This document shows, one piece after another, positions 21,444 to 30,860 of a stretch of DNA of 64,000 nucleotides. Made by a program: the position numbers and the translations under genes. Location: positions 61,232-125,231 of the forward strand of contig WRHM01000006.1 in assembly GCA_009783265.1 (NCBI GenBank), in the 5' to 3' direction. How positions within the stretch are numbered: the stretch's first letter is position 1; each line of letters starts with the position of its first letter. Origin of the DNA: Oscillospiraceae bacterium. GTDB lineage: Bacteria; Bacillota; Clostridia; Oscillospirales; WRJC01. A model generated the notes under the pieces. It was not told the origin of the DNA. It was given only the letters and a program-made list of their open reading frames with translations, and ran no database searches.

Positions 21444-21452
21444 ATAACTAAT

Positions 21453-21599
21453 CTAACCTCTTAAATACCAAATTCCCAAAATTAAAGCGCAGAAAAAAAT
21501 AACCCAGAACAATATTTTTTCGTGAATTTTCGATTTCCCAAGCATTTCAAAAAAATCAAATATGCTGTAAACGCATAATCCCGTAATATAAAAAATCAT
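21453..21599 (-). CDS. Small 2-TM protein, putative germinant receptor D subunit (absent from ORF track)
   Basis: Own translation MIFYITGLCVYSIFDFFEMLGKSKIHEKILFWVIFFCALILGIWYLRG (48 aa), filling the gap between the C and B subunit genes. Confidence 0.65.
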   Translation of the reverse strand: MIFYITGLCVYSIFDFFEMLGKSKIHEKILFWVIFFCALILGIWYLRG

Positions 21600-21600
21600 T

Positions 21601-22773
21601 TTATTTTCTTCTCCCTTTGACCGAAACGTTTATTTCATAATCAATATCTTTGAATATTTCCTGCCATTCGTCTTTGATATCATGCCATTTATACGGATGC
21701 GAAACGCTTAAATTTTCGCCGATATTTAAAAAATCAATATCTGTGCTTTTAGAGATTTCTATTATTTGTTCTATCTCGGATTTTATTTTTTCACTCTGAA
21801 GTTTATTTAGCTTATCCATATTTTTTTCGATAATTTTTTTATCTCTTATTGTCGTTTCATCGAGATTGGTGTCGATATTTACATTAAATATAACTTTTTC
21901 AGGGATATTATATTCATCAAATTTAAAAGAAATTTTGTTTTTTGAATTTGACACGGAAAAAACAAATAAATCATTATTTTCGTCAATTATTTCAATGTCC
22001 GTCATTTTTAGATTTTTCGTTAAAATAACATAAGACCGTACAAGAGAATACGGGAGATATTCGGCTAATTCCCCGTTTTTTAAAATTCCAAGCCCATAAA
22101 ATTCAAAAGTATATTTCTTCTCTTCTTTTTTATTATCATCAGAACTTATATTTTTTACCGGGCTTTCTTTAATTGCAAGAACAGGCATAACTCCTGTTTT
22201 ATCAGTTGAATAAAATACCTGCATAATATCTTTTAAATTCTTCTTTGTCATTGAACTTATCTGATTTTTATTATTCACGAGCCCGTCAAGTCTTGCGTCT
22301 GCGTCTATTTCCGAAGTTAAAATCTTTTTTATAAAATCTTCGCTTGACATATCTTTTATTATAAATAAATTTACGTCGAGTCTGATTTTTGAACTTTTCG
22401 AAAAATAATCAATAAAATAATTTAGATTTTTTTTCGCGGTATTCTCACCTATCAAAATATATTCGAGATGTGAGACGCTTAAACTTTTATTTGTCAAACT
22501 CTGTATTTTATCAACGGTTTTGTTCATTGTGCTTGATTTCACATTAAATAGATTTTTATTTGAATTTGATTTATCGTTTTCAGCTTCGGATTCTTCGCTG
22601 CTTATATAACTTATACTGAACTCGCCGGCGTCTAAATCTATATCTATCCCGCTGGAAACTATAAAATCAAATGTTTTAAGTTCTTCAGGTGCCGGGATTT
22701 TATTTTTGTTTATATATGCCAGGGAAAATAAAAAAGCCCCGATTAATATATATTTTATTATTTTTATTTTCAT
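21601..22773 (-). CDS. gerAC: Spore germinant receptor C subunit, Ger(x)C family
   Basis: GIDID, SHLEYILIGE, DFLNIG..W..IK..W..IF C-terminal motif. Confidence 0.8.
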   Translation of the reverse strand: MKIKIIKYILIGAFLFSLAYINKNKIPAPEELKTFDFIVSSGIDIDLDAGEFSISYISSEESEAENDKSNSNKNLFNVKSSTMNKTVDKIQSLTNKSLSVSHLEYILIGENTAKKNLNYFIDYFSKSSKIRLDVNLFIIKDMSSEDFIKKILTSEIDADARLDGLVNNKNQISSMTKKNLKDIMQVFYSTDKTGVMPVLAIKESPVKNISSDDNKKEEKKYTFEFYGLGILKNGELAEYLPYSLVRSYVILTKNLKMTDIEIIDENNDLFVFSVSNSKNKISFKFDEYNIPEKVIFNVNIDTNLDETTIRDKKIIEKNMDKLNKLQSEKIKSEIEQIIEISKSTDIDFLNIGENLSVSHPYKWHDIKDEWQEIFKDIDYEINVSVKGRRK

Positions 22774-22791
22774 AAAATTAATCCAATCCCG

Positions 22792-24255
22792 CTATTTTTT
22801 TGGCTTTCTGAAAAAAGTATCGGTCAATAATTTTTTCCCGTCGTTTGAGACAAACGGCGCAAAATACGGCACTTCGAAAGATTCTATCGAGCACAGATAA
22901 TATATAAATCCGACCGCGGCGAACGCAATCCCAAGAAATCCGCCGAAAATCGCGAATGCGATAAATATATACCTGCATATTCTCACAGCGTTGAAAAATT
23001 CCTGATTTGGAATCATAAACCCGGTAATTCCGGTTATAGCCGCCGTAATAACGACGAGAGGCGATAAAATTTTCGCCGATACGGCCGCATCACCGATTAT
23101 CAACCCGCCGATTATAGGCACTGCCTGCCCGATTGTTTTAGGCATTCTTATCCCCGCTTCCATTAAAACTTCAAAAGACAGAGTTAAAAATAATATCTCC
23201 TGAATCGACGACAAGGCCACCTGCTGTTTGCTTTTTATTATTGCCAGCGCAAGCGAATTATTTAACAATTCCTGATGATAACATACTACTGAAATATATA
23301 TTGCGGGAAGGGTGAGCGCGATAATTGCGCATATATATCTGATAATTCTGAGAAAAGTCGCGACGGCGTAATTATTCGAATAATCGTCTGGGGCTTGAAA
23401 ATACATGTTTAATACGGCAGGCAGTATAATTGCCGTCGGAAACCCGTCGATTATTATGCCGATTTTACCCTCCATTATATTAGAGCAAAATTTATCCGGC
23501 CGTTCTGTGATCGATACGAGTGGAAAAATAGATTTTGAATATTTTTTATCTATTAACCGTTCTTCAAAATCGCCAATGCTTATTATATTTTCACATTCTA
23601 TTTTTTTTATTTTATCTTTTACAGCGTTTAAAATATTTTTATCGGCTATGCTGCCCATGTAAATAACCGACGCTGGGATTGAGCTTGTATTCCCGACTGA
23701 TATACTTTCGATTTTTAGGTCTATACTCCGGATACATCTTCTTACAAGCGCAGTATTCGCCCTTAAAACTTCGATGAACGAACTTTTGGGCCCTTTTATC
23801 ACCGCTTCGTTTGACGGCTCTGACATTGACCGGACCTGAAATCCTTTTAAATCAAACAAAGCCGCTTTCTTTTCCTGATTTGATATAATAGCGACAGAAC
23901 CGGTCAATATATCGTTTATAACATCTTCGATATTAGTTTTAACGGCAGAATTTATATGATAAACTTCGCTGTTGGCGATAATCTGCATAAATTCAGTTTC
24001 ATTCTGCGAATTTTTTATTCTATCGCTTAACATCAGCGGCTTTAATACAGTATTGTCGAATAAATCTATATTTACAAGCCCGTCTATAAAAACAACAGGC
24101 ATGACTATCCCGTTATTTATCAGTATTTCTTTATATACAAAATCGGAATTTTCTCCAATATATTTTTTTATATTTTCAAAATTTATTTCGTCGGATCCGT
24201 CTATTTTATTGTTGAGATTATTTATGATTTTCCCGTAACGCCATAAATCAAACAT
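22792..24255 (-). CDS. gerAA: Spore germinant receptor A subunit
   Basis: RSMSEPSNE..GPKSSFIE, TERPD, DGFP, EAGIRMPK, GGLIIGDAAVSA, PYFAPF. Confidence 0.92.
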   Translation of the reverse strand: MFDLWRYGKIINNLNNKIDGSDEINFENIKKYIGENSDFVYKEILINNGIVMPVVFIDGLVNIDLFDNTVLKPLMLSDRIKNSQNETEFMQIIANSEVYHINSAVKTNIEDVINDILTGSVAIISNQEKKAALFDLKGFQVRSMSEPSNEAVIKGPKSSFIEVLRANTALVRRCIRSIDLKIESISVGNTSSIPASVIYMGSIADKNILNAVKDKIKKIECENIISIGDFEERLIDKKYSKSIFPLVSITERPDKFCSNIMEGKIGIIIDGFPTAIILPAVLNMYFQAPDDYSNNYAVATFLRIIRYICAIIALTLPAIYISVVCYHQELLNNSLALAIIKSKQQVALSSIQEILFLTLSFEVLMEAGIRMPKTIGQAVPIIGGLIIGDAAVSAKILSPLVVITAAITGITGFMIPNQEFFNAVRICRYIFIAFAIFGGFLGIAFAAVGFIYYLCSIESFEVPYFAPFVSNDGKKLLTDTFFRKPKK

Positions 24256-24300
24256 AAATTAATTAGCCGCCTTAATTTAACTAAATTTAACTTTATTTGA

Positions 24301-24329
24301 TATTATCCGCAATTATTATAAAATTATAC
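24301..24329 (-). promoter_or_regulatory. Forespore (SigG/SigF-like) promoter of the ger operon
   Basis: Minus strand GTATA-N17-GATAATA upstream of gerAA. Confidence 0.45.
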
Positions 24330-24331
24330 AA

Positions 24332-24364
24332 AAATAAGCCTATGCTGTTTGCATAGGCTTATTT
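24332..24364 (-). terminator. Intrinsic terminator
   Basis: AAATAAGCCTATGC-tgttt-GCATAGGCTTATTT after the stop of 24383-25138. Confidence 0.8.
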
Positions 24365-24382
24365 ATAAATATTTTATTTGTT

Positions 24383-25138
24383 TTATTCAACAAGTCCGCT
24401 TTCTTTCAACGTAAGATACGACAATAAAACAGTATCGTCCGCGTTTAAATTGCGCAATACATCCTGTTCTACTGTGATATATTCTATATCTAATTTAGCC
24501 GCTTCGGCGAGTATTTCCTGTATTTTAACTTTTCCGGTACCAAGAGAAGTGAAAGAATTTCTGTCGTTAAAATCATAAAAATCTTTAAAATGCATTAATT
24601 TTATCCTGTCTTTGACACGTTTTATAAGCTCAACGGCATTTTCGCCGCCGAAACTCACCCAGCCAATATCAAGATTTAAACAAACGTTTTCAGGCGATGT
24701 ATTTGCCATCAATATATCAAAATATTTTACCCCGTTGAAACTTTTCTCGAATTCGTGATTATGGTTATGATAACAGAAAGTCAAATCTTCTCCGCGAAGT
24801 TTTTCTCCGGCTTTCTCAAATATTCCGGCAATTTCAATCGCTTCTTCATAATTTTGCGGATCGCTCCAGAAACAAATAACATTTTTTACTTTAATAGCTG
24901 TTGCTTTTGCTATAATATCGTCAAGATTGTTTTTTAGCCCGTCAATATCAGTCGAAACAGACAAAACCGAAAAATCATATTCAGAAAGTTTTTTGAGATT
25001 TTCCTGCACGTCGCCTTTTAATAAAAACCCGCCGTGCTCCAATGCTTTATATCCCCATTTGGATAATTTTTCGATTGTTGCCCATGGATCGTTTTCAGAT
25101 TTCATGTTATAAAACCCGATAAGTGCCGCTTTTAACAT
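24383..25138 (-). CDS. Sugar phosphate isomerase/epimerase
   Basis: YHNHNHEF, LDIGW, LMHFKD, LGTG, VEQD. Confidence 0.88.
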   Translation of the reverse strand: MLKAALIGFYNMKSENDPWATIEKLSKWGYKALEHGGFLLKGDVQENLKKLSEYDFSVLSVSTDIDGLKNNLDDIIAKATAIKVKNVICFWSDPQNYEEAIEIAGIFEKAGEKLRGEDLTFCYHNHNHEFEKSFNGVKYFDILMANTSPENVCLNLDIGWVSFGGENAVELIKRVKDRIKLMHFKDFYDFNDRNSFTSLGTGKVKIQEILAEAAKLDIEYITVEQDVLRNLNADDTVLLSYLTLKESGLVE

Positions 25139-25210
25139 AATTTTTACCTCCGAGATATATTAAATTTATTTTTATAAATAATCTGTGACTGTAGAAAATG
25201 GTTATTATAT

Positions 25211-25771
25211 TCAGGACTGCATTTGTTCCCAAAGAGTTTTGAACGCCGTAAATTTTTCAGGATAACTCAGCATTTCTATAATTGTATCAGCACATTCCTC
25301 TAACGTGTTTTCATAAGTATTTACCGTAATATCATACGTACCATGCCCATGTATACTTTCAAGTTGCCATTTCGCAAAACCTTGCCATCTATCTCCGCGT
25401 AATTTTTCACGTCGTTCAAGTTCATTCAAAGGGCAATCTACCCGAACGAAAATTACAGGATAATTATAAAGCAAATTTATACATTCTGATAATCTTTCAG
25501 AACCTTTGTTATTATCAAGTATAACATGGTCAACTATAGTATTAATGCCTAAATCACTGTAAAGTTTAATTGTATGGTGCATCGCCGAAACACTTGTTTC
25601 AAGATAACTGCTGAATAATATTTCATCTTCTTTATGCGGCGCCATACTATCAAACATATCGCAACTGATATGATAAAATGGTTTCACGAGCTTATTCTGC
25701 AATGCTTTTGATAATGAAGTTTTGCCTGAGCTTGTTGTGCCGTTTAAAAAAATAATTTTCCCTTTTTCCAT
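25211..25771 (-). CDS. Chloramphenicol-phosphotransferase-like P-loop kinase
   Basis: IIFLNGTTSSGKTS, IVDHV, ELERREKLRGDR..G.A, YDITVNT. Confidence 0.8.
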   Translation of the reverse strand: MEKGKIIFLNGTTSSGKTSLSKALQNKLVKPFYHISCDMFDSMAPHKEDEILFSSYLETSVSAMHHTIKLYSDLGINTIVDHVILDNNKGSERLSECINLLYNYPVIFVRVDCPLNELERREKLRGDRWQGFAKWQLESIHGHGTYDITVNTYENTLEECADTIIEMLSYPEKFTAFKTLWEQMQS

Positions 25772-25791
25772 AAATTTGCCTCACAAAATCT

Positions 25792-26013
25792 TCACGTACT
25801 CTTTGGCGAAACACTATATTTTTTCTCACAGCATTCTTCATAAAACTGCCTGTCTTCAGGGGAGAGCTTTTTTAATTTATTTTCTAAAATATCCAATTCT
25901 TCTTTTGTCGCAGTTTTTTTGTTTATCAAAGCAGGTTTAGCTCTATTGCCTAAACGCGCTGCAATCCTGTTAGGAACTTTTTTCATATTGTCGAAATCAT
26001 AATTATCTTTCAT
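25792..26013 (-). CDS. Putative antitoxin with BrnA-like N-terminus
   Basis: MKDNYDF start abutting the brnT stop, GGAGG RBS. Confidence 0.6.
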   Translation of the reverse strand: MKDNYDFDNMKKVPNRIAARLGNRAKPALINKKTATKEELDILENKLKKLSPEDRQFYEECCEKKYSVSPKST

Positions 26014-26328
26014 CTATAACCCTCCTTTATAAGAGTTTTGCTCATGTTTTGTGGCTTTCCTCGCGGAAAAAATTCTCACTATATCGCCGTCTTTTCTTTC
26101 ACAATAACAGACAATTAACATTCTGCTTTCTTCGCTGAAACCCAATGCTACAAATCGTTCCTCTTCGACGGAATTTTCATCATCTTCGACAATATCTGTG
26201 TCGGTTCTTATAAGCACAGTAGCCGCCTCTTCAAATGTTATGCCGTGCTTTTCAACATTTATCTCGTATTTTAAAATATTCCACTCGAATACTTGCCCTT
26301 CAAGCTCGTATATAACAGTATTGCTCAT
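26014..26328 (-). CDS. brnT: BrnT-family ribonuclease toxin
   Basis: FEWN..K..N..KHGITFEEA..EERF..G..RIFSARKATKHE. Confidence 0.9.
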   Translation of the reverse strand: MSNTVIYELEGQVFEWNILKYEINVEKHGITFEEAATVLIRTDTDIVEDDENSVEEERFVALGFSEESRMLIVCYCERKDGDIVRIFSARKATKHEQNSYKGGL

Positions 26329-26434
26329 TTATGAATCACCGCCTCATCTTTCTTTACGTATCTGATATAAATTCTCTACAGTTACATTATATCATATTTT
26401 ATAATTAAACTGCAATACATAAATAAAAAATATA

Positions 26435-26463
26435 TTGACATTTCTTTAACAATGCTATATAAT
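26435..26463 (+). promoter_or_regulatory. sigmaA promoter of ilvE
   Basis: TTGACA-17-TATAAT. Confidence 0.75.
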
Positions 26464-26501
26464 TATTAAAAATATTAAATATAAAAAACGGAGGAAATAT
26501 C

Positions 26502-27584
26502 ATGTCTGAGAAATTTACTGCAAAAGATATAAAAATAGAAAAAACCGCGCAGCCTAAAATTAAACCGCCGCCAAGCGATATGATTTTCGGCAAAAACTTT
26601 TCTGACCACATGTTTGTTATGGAATATAATCAGGATAAAGGCTGGAACAATCCTAAAATTGTCCCGTATGGCAATATATCGCTTTCTCCTGCCGCCATGG
26701 TATTTCATTACGGTCAGGAGCTTTTCGAGGGGTTAAAAGCGTACAGGACAGATTCGGGGAAAGTTCAGTTATTCAGGCCTGAAAAAAACGTCGCCCGTAT
26801 GAACTGGACTTGCGACCGGTTATGTATTCCCGAAGTTGACCCTGAATTCGCGCTTGAGGCAATCAAAGAAATCGTCAGGTTTGATTCTGACTGGGTTCCG
26901 TCAGAACCGGAATATTCGCTTTATATAAGACCGGTTATATTCGCGACCGATCCTTTTATCGGGGTTAAACCTTCGTCTACTTATTTGTTTATAATAATAT
27001 TATCGCCTGTCGGGGCGTATTATCCGGAGGGAATAAATCCGGTTAAAATATATGTCGAAAACGAATATGTCAGAGCAGTTAAAGGCGGCTTGGGATTTGC
27101 CAAAGCCGGAGCAAATTACGCCGCGTCGCTCAAAGCTCAGGGCAAAGCAAAAAATATCGGCTATGCTCAGGTCATGTGGCTTGACGGAATAGAGAGAAAA
27201 TATATAGACGAAGTCGGGACTATGAACGTATTTTTCATGATAGACAATAAAATCATAACTCCAAGCCTTGACGGGAGCATACTTCCGGGAGTTACAAGGG
27301 ATTCTTGCATACACTTGCTCAAAGACTGGGGATACACTGTCGAAGAACGCAAGCTCGCTCTCTCAGAGATAATCGAAGCCAACAAAAACGGCAAGCTCAA
27401 CGAAGCGTTCGGCACAGGGACTGCGGCTGTTATCTCGCCGATAGGGATTTTAAACAACAACGGCGATATAATCGCGATAAACAATCAAAAAATCGGGCCT
27501 GTCGCGCAAAAACTCTATGATACTTTGACCGGTATTCAATGGGGGAAAATCGAGGATAAATACGGCTGGACTGTTGAACTGTAA
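26502..27584 (+). CDS. ilvE: Branched-chain amino acid aminotransferase
   Basis: HYGQELFEGLKAY, LYIRP, AKAGANYAAS, EVGTMN, ILPGVTR, GTGTAAVISP. Confidence 0.96.
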   Translation: MSEKFTAKDIKIEKTAQPKIKPPPSDMIFGKNFSDHMFVMEYNQDKGWNNPKIVPYGNISLSPAAMVFHYGQELFEGLKAYRTDSGKVQLFRPEKNVARMNWTCDRLCIPEVDPEFALEAIKEIVRFDSDWVPSEPEYSLYIRPVIFATDPFIGVKPSSTYLFIIILSPVGAYYPEGINPVKIYVENEYVRAVKGGLGFAKAGANYAASLKAQGKAKNIGYAQVMWLDGIERKYIDEVGTMNVFFMIDNKIITPSLDGSILPGVTRDSCIHLLKDWGYTVEERKLALSEIIEANKNGKLNEAFGTGTAAVISPIGILNNNGDIIAINNQKIGPVAQKLYDTLTGIQWGKIEDKYGWTVEL

Positions 27585-27616
27585 TAATTTGCTTTTTTTG
27601 TTTTAAAATTTATATA

Positions 27617-27658
27617 AATAACATCAGGTAATAGTTTTAAATATTGCCTGATGTTATT
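27617..27658. terminator. Intrinsic terminator after ilvE
   Basis: ATAACATCAGG..CCTGATGTTAT inverted repeat. Confidence 0.65.
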
Positions 27659-27810
27659 ATTTAAAAATAAAATAAATATTTTATAAATATTATGTAAGAT
27701 TTTAATTGTCTGATGTGTATATATATTAGACGCGTCAAAAAAGGCAAAATAATAAAACAGATTTTTTATTATTTTATAGAAAGGAGCGGATTTATATAGA
27801 TTATATAAAT

Positions 27811-28359
27811 GTGAAAGAGATGGAAAATATGGATAATGATATTTCCGGAATCAACACTGATAATAATTTTTTCGAAAAATATACTCCACAGATACGCTCT
27901 ATTGTCGCAAGAATTTTAAATAACGCAGGACAAACCCGCGATATTGACGACTGTGTGAGTACCGTATTTTTAGAGCTTATGGGAAAATTACAGCAATATA
28001 ACGAAACTCGCGGAAGTCTGGCAGCGTTCATAACTGTAATTTCGCGCTCGGTAGCTTTGAATTATTGCAGAGATAACAGGCGACAAATCTATGAGCTGAT
28101 AGGCGACGATAAAATTGATTTTTTGAGTAATCCTTTGAGATTTGAAAGCGAAGTTGAATTTGATATGCTTGTAGAGAGTTTATTTGAAAAATTAAATAAA
28201 CAGGAACGCGCTTTATTTACTATGCGGTTTATATTATTTTACCCGCCTGAAGAAATCGCGAAAAAATTAAAAATCACAAGAAACGCCGCTGACGTGCGTT
28301 TAAACAGAATGAAAAGTAAAATAAAGAAAATTTTGACAAAAGGAGGAATAACTTTATGA
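27811..28359 (+). CDS. ECF sigma factor
   Basis: Region 2 (DIDDCVSTVF..RGSL..RSVALNY) and region 4 (EEIAKKL..VRLNR). Confidence 0.88.
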   Translation: MKEMENMDNDISGINTDNNFFEKYTPQIRSIVARILNNAGQTRDIDDCVSTVFLELMGKLQQYNETRGSLAAFITVISRSVALNYCRDNRRQIYELIGDDKIDFLSNPLRFESEVEFDMLVESLFEKLNKQERALFTMRFILFYPPEEIAKKLKITRNAADVRLNRMKSKIKKILTKGGITL

Positions 28360-29534
28360 ACGAAAAATATCTTTTGGATACGATAAAACAAGAAACTCTT
28401 GTAAAATTAATTGACGAAACATTGACTATCGAAAAAACCGCAAAAAACAAAACTGTAAAAACAAATTTATTTAAAATAATCTCAGTGGCGGCTGCGCTTG
28501 TGCTCTTTATCGGATTTTTAAATATAGTGCCGTTTTTGATGAAATTCGAGGCTGATAATATCGAGCTTGCCGATCATGCTAATGAAATCACAAACAGTGA
28601 AAATGTATATACGCCTGCCGTAGACCAAAGAAATTTGTTTTTGCCGGACGCCATAGAAAAATCTTTTTTTGAAAATAAAATCATAGCGGCTGTTACGGAT
28701 AAATCAGATTTAGATAAAATACTCGCTTATTACAGGCTCACGGATTCGGATTCGATTTACAGGCTTGCCCCTACCACAACTAAAAGAGAAAAAGATAAAA
28801 TATTAAATTATTTATACGAATATACTGACTTAACCCGCAGCGATATGATGCAGATGTGCATAGATAATAACCTGCCGTTGCCGAAAAATGTTGACCCCGC
28901 TTACTCTCATGTCAGATTTGGAGACGATTATAATACTTTACTCCTCGAAATCGAATGGCATACTTACGACACATATATGAAAGAAGTAGCAGAACCATTC
29001 AAACAGCGTTTTATCGAGTTTAGAGAATCAGAAGATTATATAAATTTATCCGAAGAAGATAAAAATGAACGTGAAAATAACTGGGAACATATCATAAATT
29101 TTTACGAAGAAAATGCAGAACTTATAAAAGATAATATAAGTTATTCTACAAGAAAAATAAACGGTAAAATTTGCGAAGAAATCAATTATAGCTTTGGCTT
29201 TGGAAATGAAGATTACCCGGTAAATAATATATCTCAATATCTTGATTCTGACGGATATTATATTTATGAAATCTTTCCTCTTTGGGTTGGTGGTATAGAA
29301 TATTTAGACGAAAACGGCGAATTGCAGACAAAACAGTTTTATTCCGGCAGAGACGCGTGTGGCAATGGGTTGCCGTGCTATACGCAGGAAGAATATGATT
29401 CTTTATTGATAGATAAAAAAATCCCGTTTTGCGACGATTTGTTGGCAAGAGGTTTGATAAATCAGGAAGCATACGATTATTACACAATAAAAACAAACTG
29501 GTTAGATTATTATATTGAATTGTTTTTTAAATAA
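28356..29534 (+). CDS. Putative membrane-anchored anti-sigma factor
   Basis: ATGA overlap with the sigma stop; short N-terminal domain, one TM (AAALVLFIG), large extracytoplasmic part. Confidence 0.65.
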   Translation: MNEKYLLDTIKQETLVKLIDETLTIEKTAKNKTVKTNLFKIISVAAALVLFIGFLNIVPFLMKFEADNIELADHANEITNSENVYTPAVDQRNLFLPDAIEKSFFENKIIAAVTDKSDLDKILAYYRLTDSDSIYRLAPTTTKREKDKILNYLYEYTDLTRSDMMQMCIDNNLPLPKNVDPAYSHVRFGDDYNTLLLEIEWHTYDTYMKEVAEPFKQRFIEFRESEDYINLSEEDKNERENNWEHIINFYEENAELIKDNISYSTRKINGKICEEINYSFGFGNEDYPVNNISQYLDSDGYYIYEIFPLWVGGIEYLDENGELQTKQFYSGRDACGNGLPCYTQEEYDSLLIDKKIPFCDDLLARGLINQEAYDYYTIKTNWLDYYIELFFK

Positions 29535-29551
29535 ACATTAATCTACACAAA

Positions 29552-29581
29552 AAAAACGCCGGATTAAATTCCGGCGTTTTT
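29552..29581. terminator. Bidirectional terminator
   Basis: AAAAACGCCGGA-N6-TCCGGCGTTTTT between convergent genes. Confidence 0.85.
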
Positions 29582-29600
29582 GCTGTATAAACATAAAATC

Positions 29601-30689
29601 TTATTCTGCTTCTTCGATTTCATAATCAGTCGTACCGAGGTTATATTTAACTAAGCAATCAATTTGATCGTATGGGTTTTTTCCGTGCAGTCTCTGGAAC
29701 AAATGCCCTTCTGTTCCCATTCTGTGACCTTTTGGAATCCCTGCCTCTATAAGATTATCAAATTTTATCGCGTCAATCGAAGCTTTATCAACAGCGACTA
29801 TATCGTCGCTTGCCATTATGCCTATATCCGGAACAAGCGACGGCGTGGTCAGTCCCCAGCAGTCGCATAAAGCCGTTATCGAAGTTAAAACGTTTATGTG
29901 ATAATAATTATTTTTATCAAAAGTATCGAGCACTTCTTTAGTGCAAATTGCCATTCCTTCTTCAAAATCAGCCTGATTTTCTCCGTTCAGGCTTATAGCT
30001 CCTGTGGGGCAGACCTGCACGCAATGCTGGCAGAAAGTGCAGTGATGATAAAATACTTTATATTCTTCTCCCTCGAATTTATTTGCGTGGTGATTGCATG
30101 ATTGCAGGCATTGTTCGCAATATGTGCATTTTTCTTTATTCCATTCGATTCCGCCCTCAAGAGAGTGCAGTTCGCCTCTGGTCCTGTCAGTCACGCAGCC
30201 CATAGCGATATTTTTTACAGCTCCGCCGAACGCGCACGCGCCGTGGCCTTTTACGTGAGAAAAATTAATTAAAAAATCCGCGTCGTTTATAAGCCCCGAA
30301 ACGTCTATATGCTTTAATTTTTTAAAATCTACTTCGCGGGTATAAAAATATTTCCCGAAAAATCCCGCGCCCTCTAAAATTTCACAGCCGAGAGTCGATG
30401 AAGTATAGCCGCGTTCTTCCGGGTGACGGCCGTTGATATAGTGGTCTGTAATAAAACATTTCGCCCCGGATTTTTTGACGTAATCTACTAATATCCTGAC
30501 GAAAACCGGGGGGATTGTGGAAAAAGTCATATTTGAACCCACATGCATTTTTATCGCGACGCTTTTGCCATTGATTCTATCGGCGAGGTCTGAACTCTCA
30601 AGCAGGCGTTTGAATTTAGCCGGGAGCGTTTCGTTCACGTCCCAGTGCGAAAAAGCCATAGACGAAAATTTCACTTTTGATTTTGGCAT
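29601..30689 (-). CDS. DUF362-type Fe-S protein
   Basis: VAIKMHVG, SHVKGH..GGAVKNIAMG, CxxCxxCxxxC ferredoxin motifs, DIVAVD. Confidence 0.85.
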   Translation of the reverse strand: MPKSKVKFSSMAFSHWDVNETLPAKFKRLLESSDLADRINGKSVAIKMHVGSNMTFSTIPPVFVRILVDYVKKSGAKCFITDHYINGRHPEERGYTSSTLGCEILEGAGFFGKYFYTREVDFKKLKHIDVSGLINDADFLINFSHVKGHGACAFGGAVKNIAMGCVTDRTRGELHSLEGGIEWNKEKCTYCEQCLQSCNHHANKFEGEEYKVFYHHCTFCQHCVQVCPTGAISLNGENQADFEEGMAICTKEVLDTFDKNNYYHINVLTSITALCDCWGLTTPSLVPDIGIMASDDIVAVDKASIDAIKFDNLIEAGIPKGHRMGTEGHLFQRLHGKNPYDQIDCLVKYNLGTTDYEIEEAE

Positions 30690-30860
30690 TATAATAATCC
30701 TCCTGAATTAAAAACATAAAAATAATTTTTTTATATTATAAATCAAATAAATAATAATAACAAGTAAATTATAGTAAATTTTTTATTTACTTTTTGATTT
30801 TTTATGATATAATATAAGAAAAATCAAATTAAAAATAAAAAAAGAAATGGGTAAAAAAAT

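Noticed and set aside
28758-28774. Minus-strand GTAGGGGCAAGCCTG (RLAPT peptide) as a third in-frame REP
   Set aside because: Only the head and one arm are present, with no complementary arm; may be chance.
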